From NCBI GenBank assembly GCA_001687465.1, contig LVLI01000593.1, forward strand, positions 62,001-88,210: a DNA stretch of 26,210 nt, in the 5' to 3' direction. The position numbers and the translations under genes are program-made. Positions 24,869-26,210 of the stretch are shown piece by piece. Origin of the DNA: Halocafeteria seosinensis (lineage: Eukaryota). Within the stretch, counting starts at the first letter, position 1. Each line of letters starts with the position of its first letter. The notes beneath the pieces are model-generated. The model was not told where the DNA came from, searched no databases, and saw nothing but the letters and a program-made list of their open reading frames with translations.

Positions 24869-25304
24869 TCAGCTCTTCGACTTGCCAGAGAACCAATTCA
24901 GCACCATATCGTACTCGTTTTTCCTGAACAAGAGCGCCAAGTCCTCCGGGGGGAAGTCGTTGAACAATTTTTCCAGTGTATCAAGGCATTCATGCCCTGC
25001 AGCCCATACAAAGTTTTTTTCTCTCTCTCTTGTAAGTGGATAAGAAGGGAAGAATTGTATTTTCATGGGTTTGCATACCTTGTTTAATGAGCTCCTCAGG
25101 AGGAGGAGGAGGAGGGGAAGGAGGCTTCAGATCATCCTCTTCTATCTGTCCTCGCTGGAGCCTATGCACATATCCGAAGACTTCGAAAGCATCTCGAGCA
25201 TTTTGTGCAAGCTTGGACCGTAGCATGGGAGTGGGTGCTGTCCGAGCTACTTGCAAGGAGCGACGATACAGCCGTCTTCCTTGAAGCGCTAGTCGTTTAT
25301 GCAT
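24869..25304 (-). CDS. LYR-motif (Complex1_LYR family) protein, about 117 aa, 2 exons
   Basis: Exons 25304-25079 and 24996-24869 give MHKRLALQGRRLYRRSLQVARTAP...RSKLAQNARDAF...EELIKQGHECLDTLEKL..., containing LYR..L..A, R..F and the third-helix I..G...L pattern. Basic N-terminus compatible with mitochondrial targeting. Confidence 0.75.
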
Positions 25305-25596
25305 GGCGGATAACCATGCTTCATATGGCAAATATACCTGGAACCTCGTGAATAGTTGCAAACAAAATGGGGAATGGCAATATTCGATTCAATTCAATTC
25401 AATTCATGCTAATTTTTAGTGACTGGTGGAATCGATGACTCAACGAGATTCGCTGCGCCACCCAACAGTAGCAGACACGTCTTCCGGTAGGAGCAATACA
25501 CCAATACCACACTTATAGATTGAGAGACATTGGAAAGATGTTCAAAGATTCGGTCGATAATAGCGTTTTAAGAACAGCAATTCTTGTTAATATATG

Positions 25597-25674
25597 TGTA
25601 AGACGCCGCAGAGGCCTCTATGACGATATAGTATATATACTATATCGTCATAGAGGCCTCTACGGCGTCTTACA
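25597..25674. mobile_element. 78-bp near-perfect palindrome (foldback/MITE-like) with TGT...ACA termini
   Basis: Two 39-bp arms with one mismatch and no spacer: TGTAAGACGCCG(C/T)AGAGGCCTCTATGACGATATAGTATA. The palindrome is certain; mobility is inferred and no target-site duplication is visible. Confidence 0.55.
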
Positions 25675-25953
25675 GCCAGCTTCGTCCACCTTGGAACTAG
25701 AACGTGTTACTAGGCTTCCAAATCCGTTGCTATTGAAGGCGATTTTAAGAATATCCATGAATATCTCCACACTTGCAATCCCATCATCCATCCTTTCCTA
25801 CTATCGACTTCTTCATTGGCCGCATGCAATTTTCATATGAGCTCAACTTACCCCACGGTCGTTTGAACGACTCCACTACCGAGTTCGGATGTTGACAATA
25901 CATTATAGACCCCACTTAAATAATGAACATTGCATAAAGCCCACATGCCTCTA

Positions 25954-26207
25954 GTTAGCACCCATGTGAAGGAACAAACAAACCTGTTAGCACACAATTG
26001 AACCGAAAGTTTGTCCCGTTAGCACACAATTGGGCTTTTGCGATTCTGTTATCACAAAAGTGAAAATACCCGTAAATTTTTTTGAATTCTATTGGGACCA
26101 CACAAACTTTTTCTCGAATTGGGACCTAGGGCTATTTTTTTCCGCATTATTGGGACAGGATAGTGTTTATGCGAAAAATTTAACATCCGGTCCCAATTCA
26201 GCGAAGT
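25954..26207. repeat. Periodic short-motif array resembling the subterminal repeats of a DNA transposon
   Basis: GTTAGCAC/GTTATCAC at 25954, 25986, 26018, 26048 (GTTAGCACACAATTG exact twice); ATTGGGAC at 26091, 26118, 26149 and inverted at about 26199-26207; A/T-tract spacers. Confidence 0.6.
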
Positions 26208-26210
26208 ATG

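Noticed and set aside
25382..25406. (ATTCA)n pentanucleotide run
   Set aside because: Ordinary short microsatellite.

Overview
Compact, intron-rich eukaryotic nuclear DNA, most likely from a flagellated protist (most GT-AG introns 55-100 nt, an LRRC9 cilia gene, selenocysteine usage). I could not identify the organism. Manual splicing gives nine genes: three tandem secreted purple acid phosphatases (minus strand, the last cut by the window edge), a six-exon helical protein of unknown function, LRRC9 with a cryptic ADP-ribosyltransferase-like middle domain, a single-exon helical/coiled-coil protein, CMC2 (missed by the ORF track), a selenoprotein thioredoxin reductase and a LYR-motif protein. 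The reductase ends in Gly-Cys-Sec-Gly and carries an unusual N-terminal CPFY glutaredoxin-like domain. Its locus has several RNA structures: a type II SECIS inside an extra outer helix, a 78-nt stem-loop starting 7 nt after the Sec UGA, a multibranch intron and a hairpin over the start codon. The right end holds a near-perfect 78-bp palindrome that also reads as a GT-AG intron (introner-like) and an array of periodic short motifs resembling a DNA-transposon end. All gene models and folds were derived by eye and need RNA-seq and folding confirmation.
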